A model generated the notes under the pieces. The model was not told the origin of the DNA, did not search any database, and was given only the letters and a program-made list of their open reading frames with translations. DNA of 62,005 nucleotides, the filler included, from Deltaproteobacteria bacterium (GTDB lineage Bacteria; JAUYMQ01), in the NCBI GenBank assembly GCA_030698575.1. It is 10 parts of 10 records of this genome, joined end to end, with 100 filler letters (N's around TTAATTAATTAA, not from the genome) between each part and the next. Parts side by side here need not be neighbours in the genome. Positions count along the whole stretch, not along the records: positions 17,246 to 30,960 come from JAUYMQ010000086.1; 9 more parts are not named here. The stretch is one strand, 5' to 3'. This document shows, one piece after another, positions 18,837 to 28,939 of this stretch. A program made the position numbers and the translations under genes. The stretch's first letter is position 1. Every line of letters begins with the position of its first letter.

Positions 18837-19922
18837 ATGAAGCTCTCCGATCTGGGCGAGTTCGGGCTCATCGCGCGCATTGCCGGGCACGCGGGCGCTG
18901 CGGGCGCGCGCGTTCTCCGTGGCATCGGCGACGACTGCGCCGTGCTGGACAGCGGCGTCCCCGGCGGCGTACTTCTGCTGACCACCGATCTCCTCACCGA
19001 AGGCGTGCACTTCGAACGCCGCACGAGCCCCGCCCGTCTCCTCGGCCGCAAGGCGCTCGCCGTGAACCTCTCGGACATCGCCGCCATGGGCGGCACGCCG
19101 GCCTTCTTCACCGTCACCCTTTGCGCTCCGCCGGATACCCCCGTGGACTGGGTCGACGGCTTCTACGCCGGACTTCTCGACCGCGCCCGGAGTTCCGGCG
19201 CGGCCCTGGTCGGCGGCGACACGTCCGCGTCGCGGGGGCCCATCACGGTCTCGCTGGCGCTGCTCGGGGAGTGTCCCTCCGGCGAGGTCCTCTACCGGAG
19301 CGGGGCGCGGCCCGGCGACGGCATCTATCTGACAGGCTGGCCCGGCGAGTCGGCCGCGGGGCTTGCGCTCCTGCAGATGGAGGGGGGTGAACCCCCGGAC
19401 GACGACCTCGCGCACCTCCGGACCCGCCACCTCGATCCCGAGCCTCGCATCCTGGCAGGTCGCCGACTGGCGGAAGGGAAGCTCGCCACGGCGCTCATCG
19501 ACGTTTCCGACGGCCTGGCCGCCGATCTGGGCCGCCTGGCCGAGGCCTCGGGGGTCGGGGCCCGCCTGGAGGGGGACCGGGTCCCCCTCTCCCCCGCCCT
19601 CAGGAAGGGGGCGGCGGCGGCGGGCCGGGATCCGCTCGAGCTGGCCCTGACGGGCGGGGAGGACTACGAACTGCTCTTCACAGCCTCCGGAGACGCCGGG
19701 GAGGAGGCGTTGTCGGACGTTCTCGGTCTGCCTGTCCGCCTCATCGGGCGGGTGACGGCCCCCGGTACCCCCCTCGCCATCATCGATCCCGCGGGCAACC
19801 CTCTCGATCTCTCCCGCCCGGGCCACGACCACTTCCTCGCGGCCCCCCCGGGCCCTGAACTGCCCCTCGCGGCGAGGGGCTTCTCAAGCCAACCCCGCAA
19901 GTTGCCGATGTTTTTCCCATGA
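18837..19922 (+). CDS. thiL: Thiamine-monophosphate kinase
   Basis: GEFGLI, GIGDDCA, VNLSDIAAMGG, VGGDT, IDVSDGL, GGEDYELLF. TTGCCA-N18-CATGCT-N6-ATG suggests a leaderless start. Confidence 0.95.
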   Translation: MKLSDLGEFGLIARIAGHAGAAGARVLRGIGDDCAVLDSGVPGGVLLLTTDLLTEGVHFERRTSPARLLGRKALAVNLSDIAAMGGTPAFFTVTLCAPPDTPVDWVDGFYAGLLDRARSSGAALVGGDTSASRGPITVSLALLGECPSGEVLYRSGARPGDGIYLTGWPGESAAGLALLQMEGGEPPDDDLAHLRTRHLDPEPRILAGRRLAEGKLATALIDVSDGLAADLGRLAEASGVGARLEGDRVPLSPALRKGAAAAGRDPLELALTGGEDYELLFTASGDAGEEALSDVLGLPVRLIGRVTAPGTPLAIIDPAGNPLDLSRPGHDHFLAAPPGPELPLAARGFSSQPRKLPMFFP

Positions 19923-20806
19923 CAACCGGGGATAACCCCCGCCGGGAAGCTGCTCCCCTCGAGACCGATCGGGCCTTCGAGGCGCTCCGCAATATTGTCT
20001 GGGCGCGGTTCGGGCTCGATCTGTCGCACTACAAGCGTCCCTGCGTGCAGCGAAGGCTCGAGGTCCGCCTGCGGGCGCGCGCCTGCGGGAACCTCGCGGA
20101 GTATCTCGAGCGCCTGTCGGAAGACGGCGATGAGATCCGCGCGTTTCTCTCGACGCTCACGATAAACGTGACCGAGTTCTTCAGGAACCCGGGCTGCTTC
20201 GAGCGCATCCGGGCGCTGTGCCTGCCGCAGCTGTTCGTCGAGGGAGGTTTTCGGCCGGGAAGCGAACGGCAGCTCTCCCGGAGGGCGGGCCCCATCCGGA
20301 TCTGGAGTGTCGGGTGCGCGAGCGGGGAGGAGTCCTACTCGATCGCTATCCTGGCGCGGGAGTATCTCGATGATCGCCCTGAGGCGAGGCCCCGCAACGT
20401 TGAGGTCTTCGGAAGCGACATCGACGCCGAGATGATCGCCCGGGCAAGAATGGGTTTCTACGAAGACGAACGGCTTGGCCGGCTAGCGGCTGAGCGCCGG
20501 GAGCGGTGGTTCGATCGGAGCGGAGACGGATGGCGGGTCAAGCGCAGGACGCGCGTCATCGTTCGCCACGAAGTTGCGGACGTTCTGCGGCTCGTTCCGG
20601 AGCACCGGCAGGACATGATCATGTGCCGCAACATGCTCATCTACCTGACACGGGAGCAGCAGGACCGGCTCCTCAAGCGTTTCAGCGAAGTTTTGAAGCC
20701 CGGGGGATTCCTGGTCCTCGGCCGAACGGAACTGCTGTCGCAAAGCGCGCGCAGCCATTTCGATACAGTTTGCCCCAGGGAGCGGATCTACCAGGTGCGT
20801 ACCTGA
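19919..20806 (+). CDS. cheR: Chemotaxis methyltransferase
   Basis: TINVTEFFRN, IWSVGCASGEESYS, CRNMLIY, LKPGGFLVLG. Confidence 0.93.
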   Translation: MTTGDNPRREAAPLETDRAFEALRNIVWARFGLDLSHYKRPCVQRRLEVRLRARACGNLAEYLERLSEDGDEIRAFLSTLTINVTEFFRNPGCFERIRALCLPQLFVEGGFRPGSERQLSRRAGPIRIWSVGCASGEESYSIAILAREYLDDRPEARPRNVEVFGSDIDAEMIARARMGFYEDERLGRLAAERRERWFDRSGDGWRVKRRTRVIVRHEVADVLRLVPEHRQDMIMCRNMLIYLTREQQDRLLKRFSEVLKPGGFLVLGRTELLSQSARSHFDTVCPRERIYQVRT

Positions 20807-20818
20807 AGGGGGAATAGG

Positions 20819-22081
20819 ATGAGAGTTCTCATCTCTCACAAGTTCATCGTGGGTTTCGTGATGGTGATCATCGCCGTCATCGCGGTCCCGCATCTGTTTG
20901 CCAGGATCGACGTGACCGGGACGCTCGGCGAGTTCGGCACAATCGCTGCTGCGATACTCGTGGGTCTCCTCGTGGGCTCATTTTTTTCCAACGGAATCAC
21001 GCGCCAGTTCGACGAGATCCGGAAATCGACCGAACGGATCGGGAGCGGCGATCTGAGCGAGCCGGTCAAGCTCGGCCACCAGCTTTTCGTGGATGAAACG
21101 ACGGATATAGCCGAGGGGATCAACTACATGCTCCGAAGCCTCCAGGAACTGGCCGGGCACATCACCGGCACGGCCCTGGAGGTGTCCACGATGGCGCAGA
21201 GCCTCTCCTCATCCGCGCAATCGATGAAGGCCTCGACCCAGGAGATCACGGGCGGGATGGAATCCATGAGCAAGGGCTCCGCCGTCCAGATGGAGATGGT
21301 CGAGAAGGTCAATGCGCTCATACGCAGGATGGCCGAGAGCGCGAAGGCCGCCGCCGAAAGCGCTCAGGGAGCGGCGCAGTCATCCGACAAGGCGCGCCAC
21401 ACGGCCGAGTCCGGTGTCGAGCTTTCCAGGAACGCCATCACCAAACTCCGTGGGGTTTTCGAGCAGGTGGAGGACGCTGGCAAGCAGGTTTACTCCCTCG
21501 AGCAGCGAACGCGGCACATCCACAAGATCACGGAGGTCATCACCAAGATTGCTCAGCGAACCAACCTTCTGGCGCTGAACGCCACCATCGAGGCGGCGCG
21601 CGCTGGCGAGTACGGCCGTGGTTTTGCCGTTGTGGCCGAGGAGGTCCGGAAGCTTGCCGATAACACCGGCAAGAGCGCCGAGCAGATCGCAGGCCTGCTG
21701 GACGAGATCGAGGGCGAGAGCCAGGCCGCTGTCGAGAAGATGCGCGAGGGGTGCGCGGGACTGGACGAGGGAAACGAGGACATGAACACCATCAACCGTT
21801 TCCTGGAGGAAATTCAGGCGAGCGTCACCGACGTGGCCCACCGGGCCGGGGACATCAAGTCGTTGACGGCCGAGCAGGCGGGCGATTCGAGCAAGCTCGT
21901 CGTCAACGCCGACGAGATCGCCAAGGTCGCGGAGGAAAATGCATCGGCAACGCAGCAGGTGACCGCGGCTACGCAGGAGCAGATGGCTTCGATGGAAGAG
22001 ATGGCGCTTTCGGCTCAGGACCTTCTGCTCATGGCGGAGAAGCTCGAGACGGTCGTGTCAAAATTCAGAGTGGGGAGGTAG
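20819..22081 (+). CDS. Methyl-accepting chemotaxis protein with no periplasmic sensor domain (DifA-like)
   Basis: Two closely spaced TM segments, HAMP domain, [34 protein letters not shown]. Confidence 0.93.
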   Translation: MRVLISHKFIVGFVMVIIAVIAVPHLFARIDVTGTLGEFGTIAAAILVGLLVGSFFSNGITRQFDEIRKSTERIGSGDLSEPVKLGHQLFVDETTDIAEGINYMLRSLQELAGHITGTALEVSTMAQSLSSSAQSMKASTQEITGGMESMSKGSAVQMEMVEKVNALIRRMAESAKAAAESAQGAAQSSDKARHTAESGVELSRNAITKLRGVFEQVEDAGKQVYSLEQRTRHIHKITEVITKIAQRTNLLALNATIEAARAGEYGRGFAVVAEEVRKLADNTGKSAEQIAGLLDEIEGESQAAVEKMREGCAGLDEGNEDMNTINRFLEEIQASVTDVAHRAGDIKSLTAEQAGDSSKLVVNADEIAKVAEENASATQQVTAATQEQMASMEEMALSAQDLLLMAEKLETVVSKFRVGR

Positions 22082-22088
22082 GCGACGC

Positions 22089-22565
22089 ATGGAGCAGGCC
22101 GCGGCGGAAAATCAGCAGGCCCCGGAAAGCCCCTCGCGCGACGAGGCCGCCGCGCAGTACGTGCTCTTCATGGCTGGCGGCACGATCTTCGCCCTGGGCC
22201 TGGCCGACGTGCTCGAGGTGATCGACCCGGAGCGGTGGGTGCGCGTGCCCCATGCGGCACCCTGGGCCGAGGGGCTTCTCTACCATCATGGCGAGCCGCT
22301 TGTTGTCGCCAACGCGGGGGCGCTGCTCGGGGAGGGCCGGAGCCCCCGGGGGGCGTCGGCGGCGGTGCTCCGGCTCCGAGTGCCCGAAATGAAGATCGGG
22401 ATCCTTGTGGACCGCGTCCTCGGCACCTGGCGGAGCCCCGTACCGGCGGTGGCCAGCATGGAAGTCGCATTCGTAAAAGGCGTGTGGGAGCGAAAGGGCG
22501 GCGTTGTGAATTTAATCGATTTTGAAACGCTGGCGGATCGCGCATCGAGAGTGTTCGGCAAGTAG
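22089..22565 (+). CDS. cheW: CheW coupling protein
   Basis: FALGLADVLEVI, RVPHAAPWAEGL, GILVDRV; operon context. Confidence 0.85.
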   Translation: MEQAAAENQQAPESPSRDEAAAQYVLFMAGGTIFALGLADVLEVIDPERWVRVPHAAPWAEGLLYHHGEPLVVANAGALLGEGRSPRGASAAVLRLRVPEMKIGILVDRVLGTWRSPVPAVASMEVAFVKGVWERKGGVVNLIDFETLADRASRVFGK

Positions 22566-22583
22566 CCGGACAGAGGAGGAATC

Positions 22584-22952
22584 ATGGCACTCAGGGTGCT
22601 GGTGGCCGACGATGCCTTGTTCATGCGAGAGATGATCAAGGACATCCTGCGGCAGGGAGGCTTCGATGTGGTGGGCGAAGCCTCGAACGGAAACGAAGCG
22701 CTGGAGAAGTACCGTCAGCTAATGCCGGACATCACCACGATGGATATCGTCATGCCGCTGAAGAGCGGCATCGAGGCGCTCCGGGAGATCCGGAAGGAGC
22801 ACGGAGACGCCAAGGTCGTGATGATCAGCGCGCTCGGGCAGGATTCACTCGTGATCGAGGCTCTGGAAGCGGGCGCCAAGGATTTCATCGTCAAGCCTTT
22901 CCAGGCTGAAAAAGTCCTCGAGGTCGTGAAGAAGGTTTCCCAGGGCGCCTGA
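22584..22952 (+). CDS. cheY: CheY response regulator
   Basis: VADDALFMR, MDIVMP, ISALGQ, FIVKPF. Confidence 0.93.
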   Translation: MALRVLVADDALFMREMIKDILRQGGFDVVGEASNGNEALEKYRQLMPDITTMDIVMPLKSGIEALREIRKEHGDAKVVMISALGQDSLVIEALEAGAKDFIVKPFQAEKVLEVVKKVSQGA

Positions 22953-23006
22953 CCCGTAGATTGTGGCACGTCACGCTGACACCCTCGCATACTCCGAGGC
23001 CCGACC

Positions 23007-25013
23007 GTGGACATGCAGAAGTACAGGAAGATGTTCGTCGAGGAAGCCCGCGAGCATCTCGCGCTGGCCGGGCAGCAGCTCGTTGCGCTCGAGAAGGCGC
23101 CAGGCGACGCCGAGCGGATCAATGAGCTCTTCCGCAACGCCCACAGCATCAAGGGAATGGCCGCCTCGCTCGGTTACGAAGAAATTGCCGCTCTCGCCCA
23201 CGCGCTCGAAGACCTGCTTGATCTCGTGCGCTCCGGCAAGCGCGATCTGGATCCTTCCCGCATCGATCTACTGCTCCGCACAATCGATGTTCTCGATCAG
23301 ATGGTGAGCCAGGTCGAGGCCGAGTCGCCACTCGCAGACGTCACCCCTTTTCTTTCAGAGATTCAGGCGCTCCTGACAGACGCGCCCGCCCCATCGGCCG
23401 GGGCCAAACACGCCCCGCAGGCGATCGCACGGACTCCCTTGCAGAATGATCTGCGGGTGAGCTTCCGCGTGGCCGCGGACTCGGTCTCTCCAGGCGCCCG
23501 CGGCTTCCTGGCAGTCCGGACGCTCGAGCTGCTGGGAACGGTCCGGAACCTCCGTCCTGATATCGATGTCATCAAATCGGGCCGGTACGGCCGGATCGTA
23601 GACGCTGATCTCAATTCTGATTACGCGGCCGGTGAAGTGGCCGGGAAACTGGCCGCGATCTCGGAGATTGCCGACGTCCGGGTGGTCGAAGCCGGGGAAG
23701 CCGCAGGCCAGTCGCCGGTCGCATCGGTGAGGCCATCGCTCCGGCCCGAATCGCCGGCCACCGCGGTGGCGGCCCCGGCCGCGGGACAGCCTGCAAGCGT
23801 TCGCGTGCGCGTGGAGTCGCTCGACCGGTTCGTTGACGCCGTCGGCGAGCTCATCCTCAACAAGTCAGAGCTGCGGGAGATCGCGCGTAATCTCGATTCA
23901 GAAGCCTTGCATCAGGGTCTGTCCCGTTTGGAGGCTTCCCTCGAGGAACTGAAGCGCCAGGCCATGAGCATCCGCCTGACACCGCTCGAGCGGGTACTCG
24001 GCACGCTCCCGCGGATCGTGCGCGACGTTTCTCGCATGCGCGGCAAGGAAGTCCGCCTGGAGATACGCGGTAACGAACTGGAGCTTGACCGCGCCGTGGT
24101 GGATTCCCTTGGCAAGCCGTTGATTCATCTGGTCCGGAACGCGCTCGATCACGGAATCGAGTCGCCCGCCGATCGGGAGTCGTCGGGAAAGCAGCGGCAG
24201 GGCCGGCTGCTGGTCGAGGCCTACCGGGAGAAAGACATCGCCGTGATTCACGTGGAGGACGACGGCCGCGGTGTCGATGTCGGCCGGGTTCGCGCCGCGG
24301 CGCACCGGAAGGGCTTCCTGGACGAAGCCGCGACAGAGGTGCTCGACGAGGAGTCCGTCCTTGCGCTCATGTTCCTTCCGGGCATGAGCACTGCGACCGA
24401 AGTTTCTGAGATTTCGGGGCGGGGCGTCGGACTGGACGCCGTGAAGTCGATCGTGCAGGGGCTGGGCGGGACCGTCAGCGCCCGAACCAAGGCCGGCCAG
24501 GGCACACAGTTCACGCTCCGGATCCCCTTCAGCGCCGCCATTCTGCGTGCCCTCATCGTCCGGGTGGGGGAGGAAGTTTTCGCGATTCCCATCCCGAAGC
24601 TGCACCGGGCGCTCGAGGTCGAGCCGGAGGATTTGCTCGACGGGGCGCGATCGGGCGGCGCCCCGCAGTTCTGTCGTTTCGAGGGCGGCCTCGTTCCGGC
24701 GCGATCCCTGGCGGGCCTGCTCGGGCTCGACGCCTCCGAGGGGATGGAGGCGGGTCCGGGCTCTGCGTGGCAGGTGGTGGTGGTCGACACGCGCGCCGGG
24801 CGGACGGCGTTGCTTGTAGATGCATTCGTTGGCGAGGAGGAGGTCTTCGTCAAACAGCTCGGTCGCCCCCTCTCGGCGCTCGAATGCCTGTCGGGTATCA
24901 CAGTGCTGGGAAACGGACTGCCGGTATTCGTGCTCGATCCCTACGGACTCGAGGCGGTCGTGCCGGCGGAGGCGCTGAATATCCCGCAGCATCAGGCAGG
25001 AGATGTTTCATGA
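23007..25013 (+). CDS. cheA: CheA histidine kinase
   Basis: HPt FRNAHSIKG, HLVRNALDHGIE, DDGRG, SGRGVGLD, C-terminal CheW domain. Confidence 0.95.
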   Translation: MDMQKYRKMFVEEAREHLALAGQQLVALEKAPGDAERINELFRNAHSIKGMAASLGYEEIAALAHALEDLLDLVRSGKRDLDPSRIDLLLRTIDVLDQMVSQVEAESPLADVTPFLSEIQALLTDAPAPSAGAKHAPQAIARTPLQNDLRVSFRVAADSVSPGARGFLAVRTLELLGTVRNLRPDIDVIKSGRYGRIVDADLNSDYAAGEVAGKLAAISEIADVRVVEAGEAAGQSPVASVRPSLRPESPATAVAAPAAGQPASVRVRVESLDRFVDAVGELILNKSELREIARNLDSEALHQGLSRLEASLEELKRQAMSIRLTPLERVLGTLPRIVRDVSRMRGKEVRLEIRGNELELDRAVVDSLGKPLIHLVRNALDHGIESPADRESSGKQRQGRLLVEAYREKDIAVIHVEDDGRGVDVGRVRAAAHRKGFLDEAATEVLDEESVLALMFLPGMSTATEVSEISGRGVGLDAVKSIVQGLGGTVSARTKAGQGTQFTLRIPFSAAILRALIVRVGEEVFAIPIPKLHRALEVEPEDLLDGARSGGAPQFCRFEGGLVPARSLAGLLGLDASEGMEAGPGSAWQVVVVDTRAGRTALLVDAFVGEEEVFVKQLGRPLSALECLSGITVLGNGLPVFVLDPYGLEAVVPAEALNIPQHQAGDVS

Positions 25014-25627
25014 GGTTTGCGGCGCTCTCGAGCAGGCATACGGATCTTCTGGGCGAGATATCGAATATCGGCGTCGGCCACGCGGCCACGGCCCTTGCTC
25101 AAATGATCGGCCGCGACGTCGGCATGCGGGTGCCCAGCGTGACCATCACCCCCTTCAGCCGCGTTCCCGATGCCGTAGGGGGGTCGGAGCGACCGGTGGC
25201 GGCGGTCTACTGCCAGCTCATGGGCAACATCACGGGGCACATCCTTCTGGTCTTTCCACGGGATAGCGCCGACAGGCTGATGAAAGCGCTGCTGGGAGAT
25301 CGGGCGCCCTCCGGGGACGAGTGGACCGAGCAGGGCGCGTCGTCGATACGCGAGGTCGGTAACATCCTCGCCTCTGCTTACCTGAACGCTCTCGGATCCA
25401 TGCTCGACATGACGCTGATTCCGTCGGTTCCCTCCATCGTTTACGACATGGCCGGAGCGATCGTCGATGCGCTTCTCATCGAGCAGGGGCTGACCGATGA
25501 TCTGGCGCTTCTGATCGAGACCGAGTTTTTCGGGAAGGACCAGAAGATCAGCGGGCACTTCTTCCTGCTTCCCGACCCCGAGTCGGTGAGCACGGTTATT
25601 TCCCGGCTGGGGGTGGCTCCGGGATGA
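25010..25627 (+). CDS. cheC: CheC phosphatase
   Basis: EISNIGVGHAATAL and EVGNILASAYLNAL repeats. ATG overlaps the cheA stop. Confidence 0.92.
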   Translation: MRFAALSSRHTDLLGEISNIGVGHAATALAQMIGRDVGMRVPSVTITPFSRVPDAVGGSERPVAAVYCQLMGNITGHILLVFPRDSADRLMKALLGDRAPSGDEWTEQGASSIREVGNILASAYLNALGSMLDMTLIPSVPSIVYDMAGAIVDALLIEQGLTDDLALLIETEFFGKDQKISGHFFLLPDPESVSTVISRLGVAPG

Positions 25628-26106
25628 AGAAGATCAAGGTAGGGCTCGCGGAAATCCGTCTCGCCCGCGCCCCGGACAGTCTCATTTCCTACGGTTTTGG
25701 TTCCTGCCTCGGCATTGCCATTGTCGACCCCTACGCCAAGGTGGGCGGGCTCGCCCACGCTCTCCTGGCCTCCCAGCCTGGAGGAAATCCGTCCGGAAAT
25801 CCGCTAAAATACGTCGACGGCGCGATAGAGGCGATGCTCGCCGCGCTTGCCGAAGCTGGATGCGCGCGCGGCGCGTTGCTGGCGAAGACGGCGGGTGGCG
25901 CTCACATGTTCGAGGCAGTGCCGCGTTCCGGGGGCTCGAACATCGGGGAGCGCAACGCGCGGGCGGCCCGAGAGAAGCTCGAACAGCTCGGCATACCGCT
26001 CGTGGCCGAAGACGTCGGAGGCAACTACGGGCGGACGATCGAGCTGGAGCCGGATGACGGCACGCTCGTGGTACGTTCCCTCCGCATGGGTATCAAGCGC
26101 ATCTGA
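25624..26106 (+). CDS. cheD: CheD receptor deamidase
   Basis: GSCLG, GGLAH, AKTAGGAHMF, IGERN, EDVGGNYGRT. Confidence 0.92.
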   Translation: MKKIKVGLAEIRLARAPDSLISYGFGSCLGIAIVDPYAKVGGLAHALLASQPGGNPSGNPLKYVDGAIEAMLAALAEAGCARGALLAKTAGGAHMFEAVPRSGGSNIGERNARAAREKLEQLGIPLVAEDVGGNYGRTIELEPDDGTLVVRSLRMGIKRI

Positions 26107-26187
26107 AGTGCTCGAGCCTCCTTCCCGCACCTCCCATCGCGAATTCGAACACATCCAGTCTCGCGCGCGACGCGCCACAGCCAGCCC

Positions 26188-26940
26188 ATGAACCAGGAAC
26201 GATTGCAGAAGCTTCTCGAGGAGGTCCGCAGCGGCCGCGTGGGGATTGACCGCGCGCTGGAGACGCTCCGGACCCTTCCCTACGAAGATCTCGGCTTCGC
26301 GAAGATCGATCACCACCGCCAGCTCCGGAAGGGTTTCGCCGAGGTCGTCCTGGGAGAGGGGAAGAGCGCGCCCCAGATCGTCACCATTCTGAAAAGCCTT
26401 CGCGCCAGGGGAGGGAACGCCCTCGTGACTCGGGTCGACGCGTTGAAGGCCGCCCGTGTGCGCAGATCCATCGCCGCTGCGCGCTATGATCCGGTTTCGA
26501 GAACGCTTGTTATCCGCCAGGAGAAGATCCCGCGGCGGGGGCGGGGGCTCATCCTCGTCATGACCGCCGGAACGGCGGACATTCCGGTTGCCGAGGAGGC
26601 GGCGCTTACCGCCGAGCTCCTTGGAAACGAGGTAGAGCGCCTATTCGACGTGGGCGTCGCGGGTGTGCACCGGCTACTGGATCACCTGGACGACGTCCGG
26701 CGGGCCGAGGTGCTCATCGTCTGCGCGGGGATGGAGGGTGCGCTGCCTTCGGTGGTCGCCGGCCTGGTCGATTGCCCGGTCGTGGGCGTGCCCACGAGCA
26801 CGGGTTACGGGGCCAGCTTCGGCGGGCTGGCGGCGCTGCTCGGCATGCTCAACTCCTGCGCGTCGGGCCTGACCGTGGTCAACATCGACAACGGCTTCGG
26901 CGCGGGCTTCGCCGCGGCGACGATGAACCGGAAGGCCTGA
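26188..26940 (+). CDS. larB: Nickel-pincer cofactor biosynthesis protein LarB
   Basis: AGTADIPVAEEA, DVGVAGVHRL, AGMEGALPSV, VVNIDNGFGA. Confidence 0.93.
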   Translation: MNQERLQKLLEEVRSGRVGIDRALETLRTLPYEDLGFAKIDHHRQLRKGFAEVVLGEGKSAPQIVTILKSLRARGGNALVTRVDALKAARVRRSIAAARYDPVSRTLVIRQEKIPRRGRGLILVMTAGTADIPVAEEAALTAELLGNEVERLFDVGVAGVHRLLDHLDDVRRAEVLIVCAGMEGALPSVVAGLVDCPVVGVPTSTGYGASFGGLAALLGMLNSCASGLTVVNIDNGFGAGFAAATMNRKA

Positions 26941-26941
26941 G

Positions 26942-28126
26942 ATGCGCATCGCATACTTCGACTGCTTCAGCGGAATCTCCGGCAACATGGTGCTGGGCGC
27001 GCTCATCGACCTGGGCCTCCCCCGCGAGGCAATTCTCTCGAACGTCGAGAAGCTCGGGCTCGAAGGCTACCGCGTCGAGGTATCGAAGGTGAGCCGCGGG
27101 CCCATCGGCGCCACCCACGTCGAGGTATTTGCGGGGGAGGGCGAGGGGCACGCGCATCGGACCTTTCGCGACGTCCGCGCCCTCATCGAGGGCGCGCCTC
27201 TCGAAGCGGCGGTCAGGGAGGCCAGCCTCAAGGTTTTCCGCAGGCTCGCCGAGGCGGAGGCGAAGGTCCACAGGACGGATCCCGACTCCGTCACCTTCCA
27301 CGAAGTGGGCGCGGTCGACGCGATCATCGACGTGGTGGGGAGCTGCGCGGGGCTTGTCGCGCTCGGCGTCGAGCGCATCCATTGCTCACCGCTTCCGCTC
27401 GGCGGGGGGAGTGTCCCGAGCAGGCATGGTGAATTGCCACTGCCCGCGCCCGCGACCGTTGAACTGCTGACGGGTATGGCCGTGCACGGCGCGAGCGATC
27501 CGGTGGAAACGGTCACGCCGACGGGGGCGGCGCTCATGGCGACGCTCGCCGCCGGCACGGGCGTCTTTCCGCCGATGCGCGTTGACAGGGTGGGCTACGG
27601 CGCCGGCGACGATCGGGCGACGCGCCTTCCAAACGTTCTACGGGTGGTCCTTGGCGAGACGGAAGAGCCCCTCGAGGGGGACGCGGTTTCGGTCATCGAG
27701 ACGAACATCGACGATCTGAACCCGGAGATCTACGATTTCCTTTCGGAACGGCTGGTGGCCGCCGGCGCACTCGACGTTTCGCTTTCTCCTCTCCAGATGA
27801 AGAAAGGGCGTCCGGGCACGCTTCTTCGCGTAATTGGTGCCGAGGCCGACCGCGCGAGGCTCGCGGAGGTCATCTTCCGCGAGTCGAGCGCCATCGGCGT
27901 GCGCGTAACGCGCGCCGAGCGGATAATTCTTCCACGGCGGACCATCGAGGTGGATACGCCTCATGGGCGCGTGCGCGTGAAGCTCGCAGGCGGAGAAGCG
28001 GGCATCCGTTCGATGCATCCCGAGTACGACGACTGCCGCCGATGCGCGGAAGCAACAGGCGTTCCGCTCAAGGAGGTCATCGAGGCCGCCCATGCCGCGG
28101 CCAGGGAGCGCCTCTCCTCTCTCTGA
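26942..28126 (+). CDS. larC: Nickel insertion protein LarC (single ORF)
   Basis: YFDCFSGISGNM, FHEVGAVDAIID, PAPATVEL, TPTGAAL, ETNIDD, MKKGRPG, PEYDDC. Confidence 0.93.
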   Translation: MRIAYFDCFSGISGNMVLGALIDLGLPREAILSNVEKLGLEGYRVEVSKVSRGPIGATHVEVFAGEGEGHAHRTFRDVRALIEGAPLEAAVREASLKVFRRLAEAEAKVHRTDPDSVTFHEVGAVDAIIDVVGSCAGLVALGVERIHCSPLPLGGGSVPSRHGELPLPAPATVELLTGMAVHGASDPVETVTPTGAALMATLAAGTGVFPPMRVDRVGYGAGDDRATRLPNVLRVVLGETEEPLEGDAVSVIETNIDDLNPEIYDFLSERLVAAGALDVSLSPLQMKKGRPGTLLRVIGAEADRARLAEVIFRESSAIGVRVTRAERIILPRRTIEVDTPHGRVRVKLAGGEAGIRSMHPEYDDCRRCAEATGVPLKEVIEAAHAAARERLSSL

Positions 28127-28339
28127 AGGTTCCCCCCTTTCCCCGAACCTTCTCCCGGTTCCCAACCCGTCAGATTTCAATGGCTTTTCCTCCCCCTAGC
28201 CACCCGCCACGAAATTCCCAAGATCGGGCGCCCACATGCCGATAAGGAGGTCGTGACCGCCCGGGCCGGCCCCTCGCGCGCAGACCTCTGCGCGGACGAG
28301 GGTCCTGGCGGTTTCGCCCAGCCCGGCGGAGTGAGGCCC

Positions 28340-28909
28340 ATGACATTGACAGACAGTAACTTCGTCTACTGCCAGGGGTGCGGCGAAGTAGTCGAGACAC
28401 ACCGTTTGGTGGTCGAAGGCGCGCTCCAGAAACGCTGCATCTTCTGCGGTCTGGTTCTTGGCACCAGCGTGGCCGGACCGGCAACCGCCGAAAGAGCCAT
28501 CGTCGCGGACGACGCACAGACGCTCTCCGAGCTTATTGCCGATCTTCTCGTCAAGGGGGATCTCGCCCGTGAGGTGCGCACCTGCCCGAACGGCCGTGAA
28601 TTCCTCACCGAGTTCACCACGGCGCTCGTGGCCCGGCGGCCGCCGGGGTTCGTAACCCTGGACGTCGAGATGCCTCTGATCAACGGTTTTCAGAGCGCGC
28701 TGGCAATGCGCGCCATCGAGCGCGGGTTTGGCCATGCGCGCATCCCGATCATCTTCTTCTCCGTGCGAAAGTGCGACGAGAACTTCAGGAAAGTCCTCAA
28801 AGCCTGCCAGCCCGCCGTCTACCTGAACAAGGCAGGAACCGCAGATCCACAGGTGATCGTAGATCGTCTTTCCGCTATTATTCGGCAGGTCCTCGTCAAG
28901 AACGAATGA
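28340..28909 (+). CDS. Zn-ribbon plus receiver-domain response regulator
   Basis: N-terminal CQGC...CIFC, then IVADD...LDVEMP receiver motifs. Confidence 0.75.
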   Translation: MTLTDSNFVYCQGCGEVVETHRLVVEGALQKRCIFCGLVLGTSVAGPATAERAIVADDAQTLSELIADLLVKGDLAREVRTCPNGREFLTEFTTALVARRPPGFVTLDVEMPLINGFQSALAMRAIERGFGHARIPIIFFSVRKCDENFRKVLKACQPAVYLNKAGTADPQVIVDRLSAIIRQVLVKNE

Positions 28910-28939
28910 GGTACACCGAATAGGGACGGAAGGGCGCAC

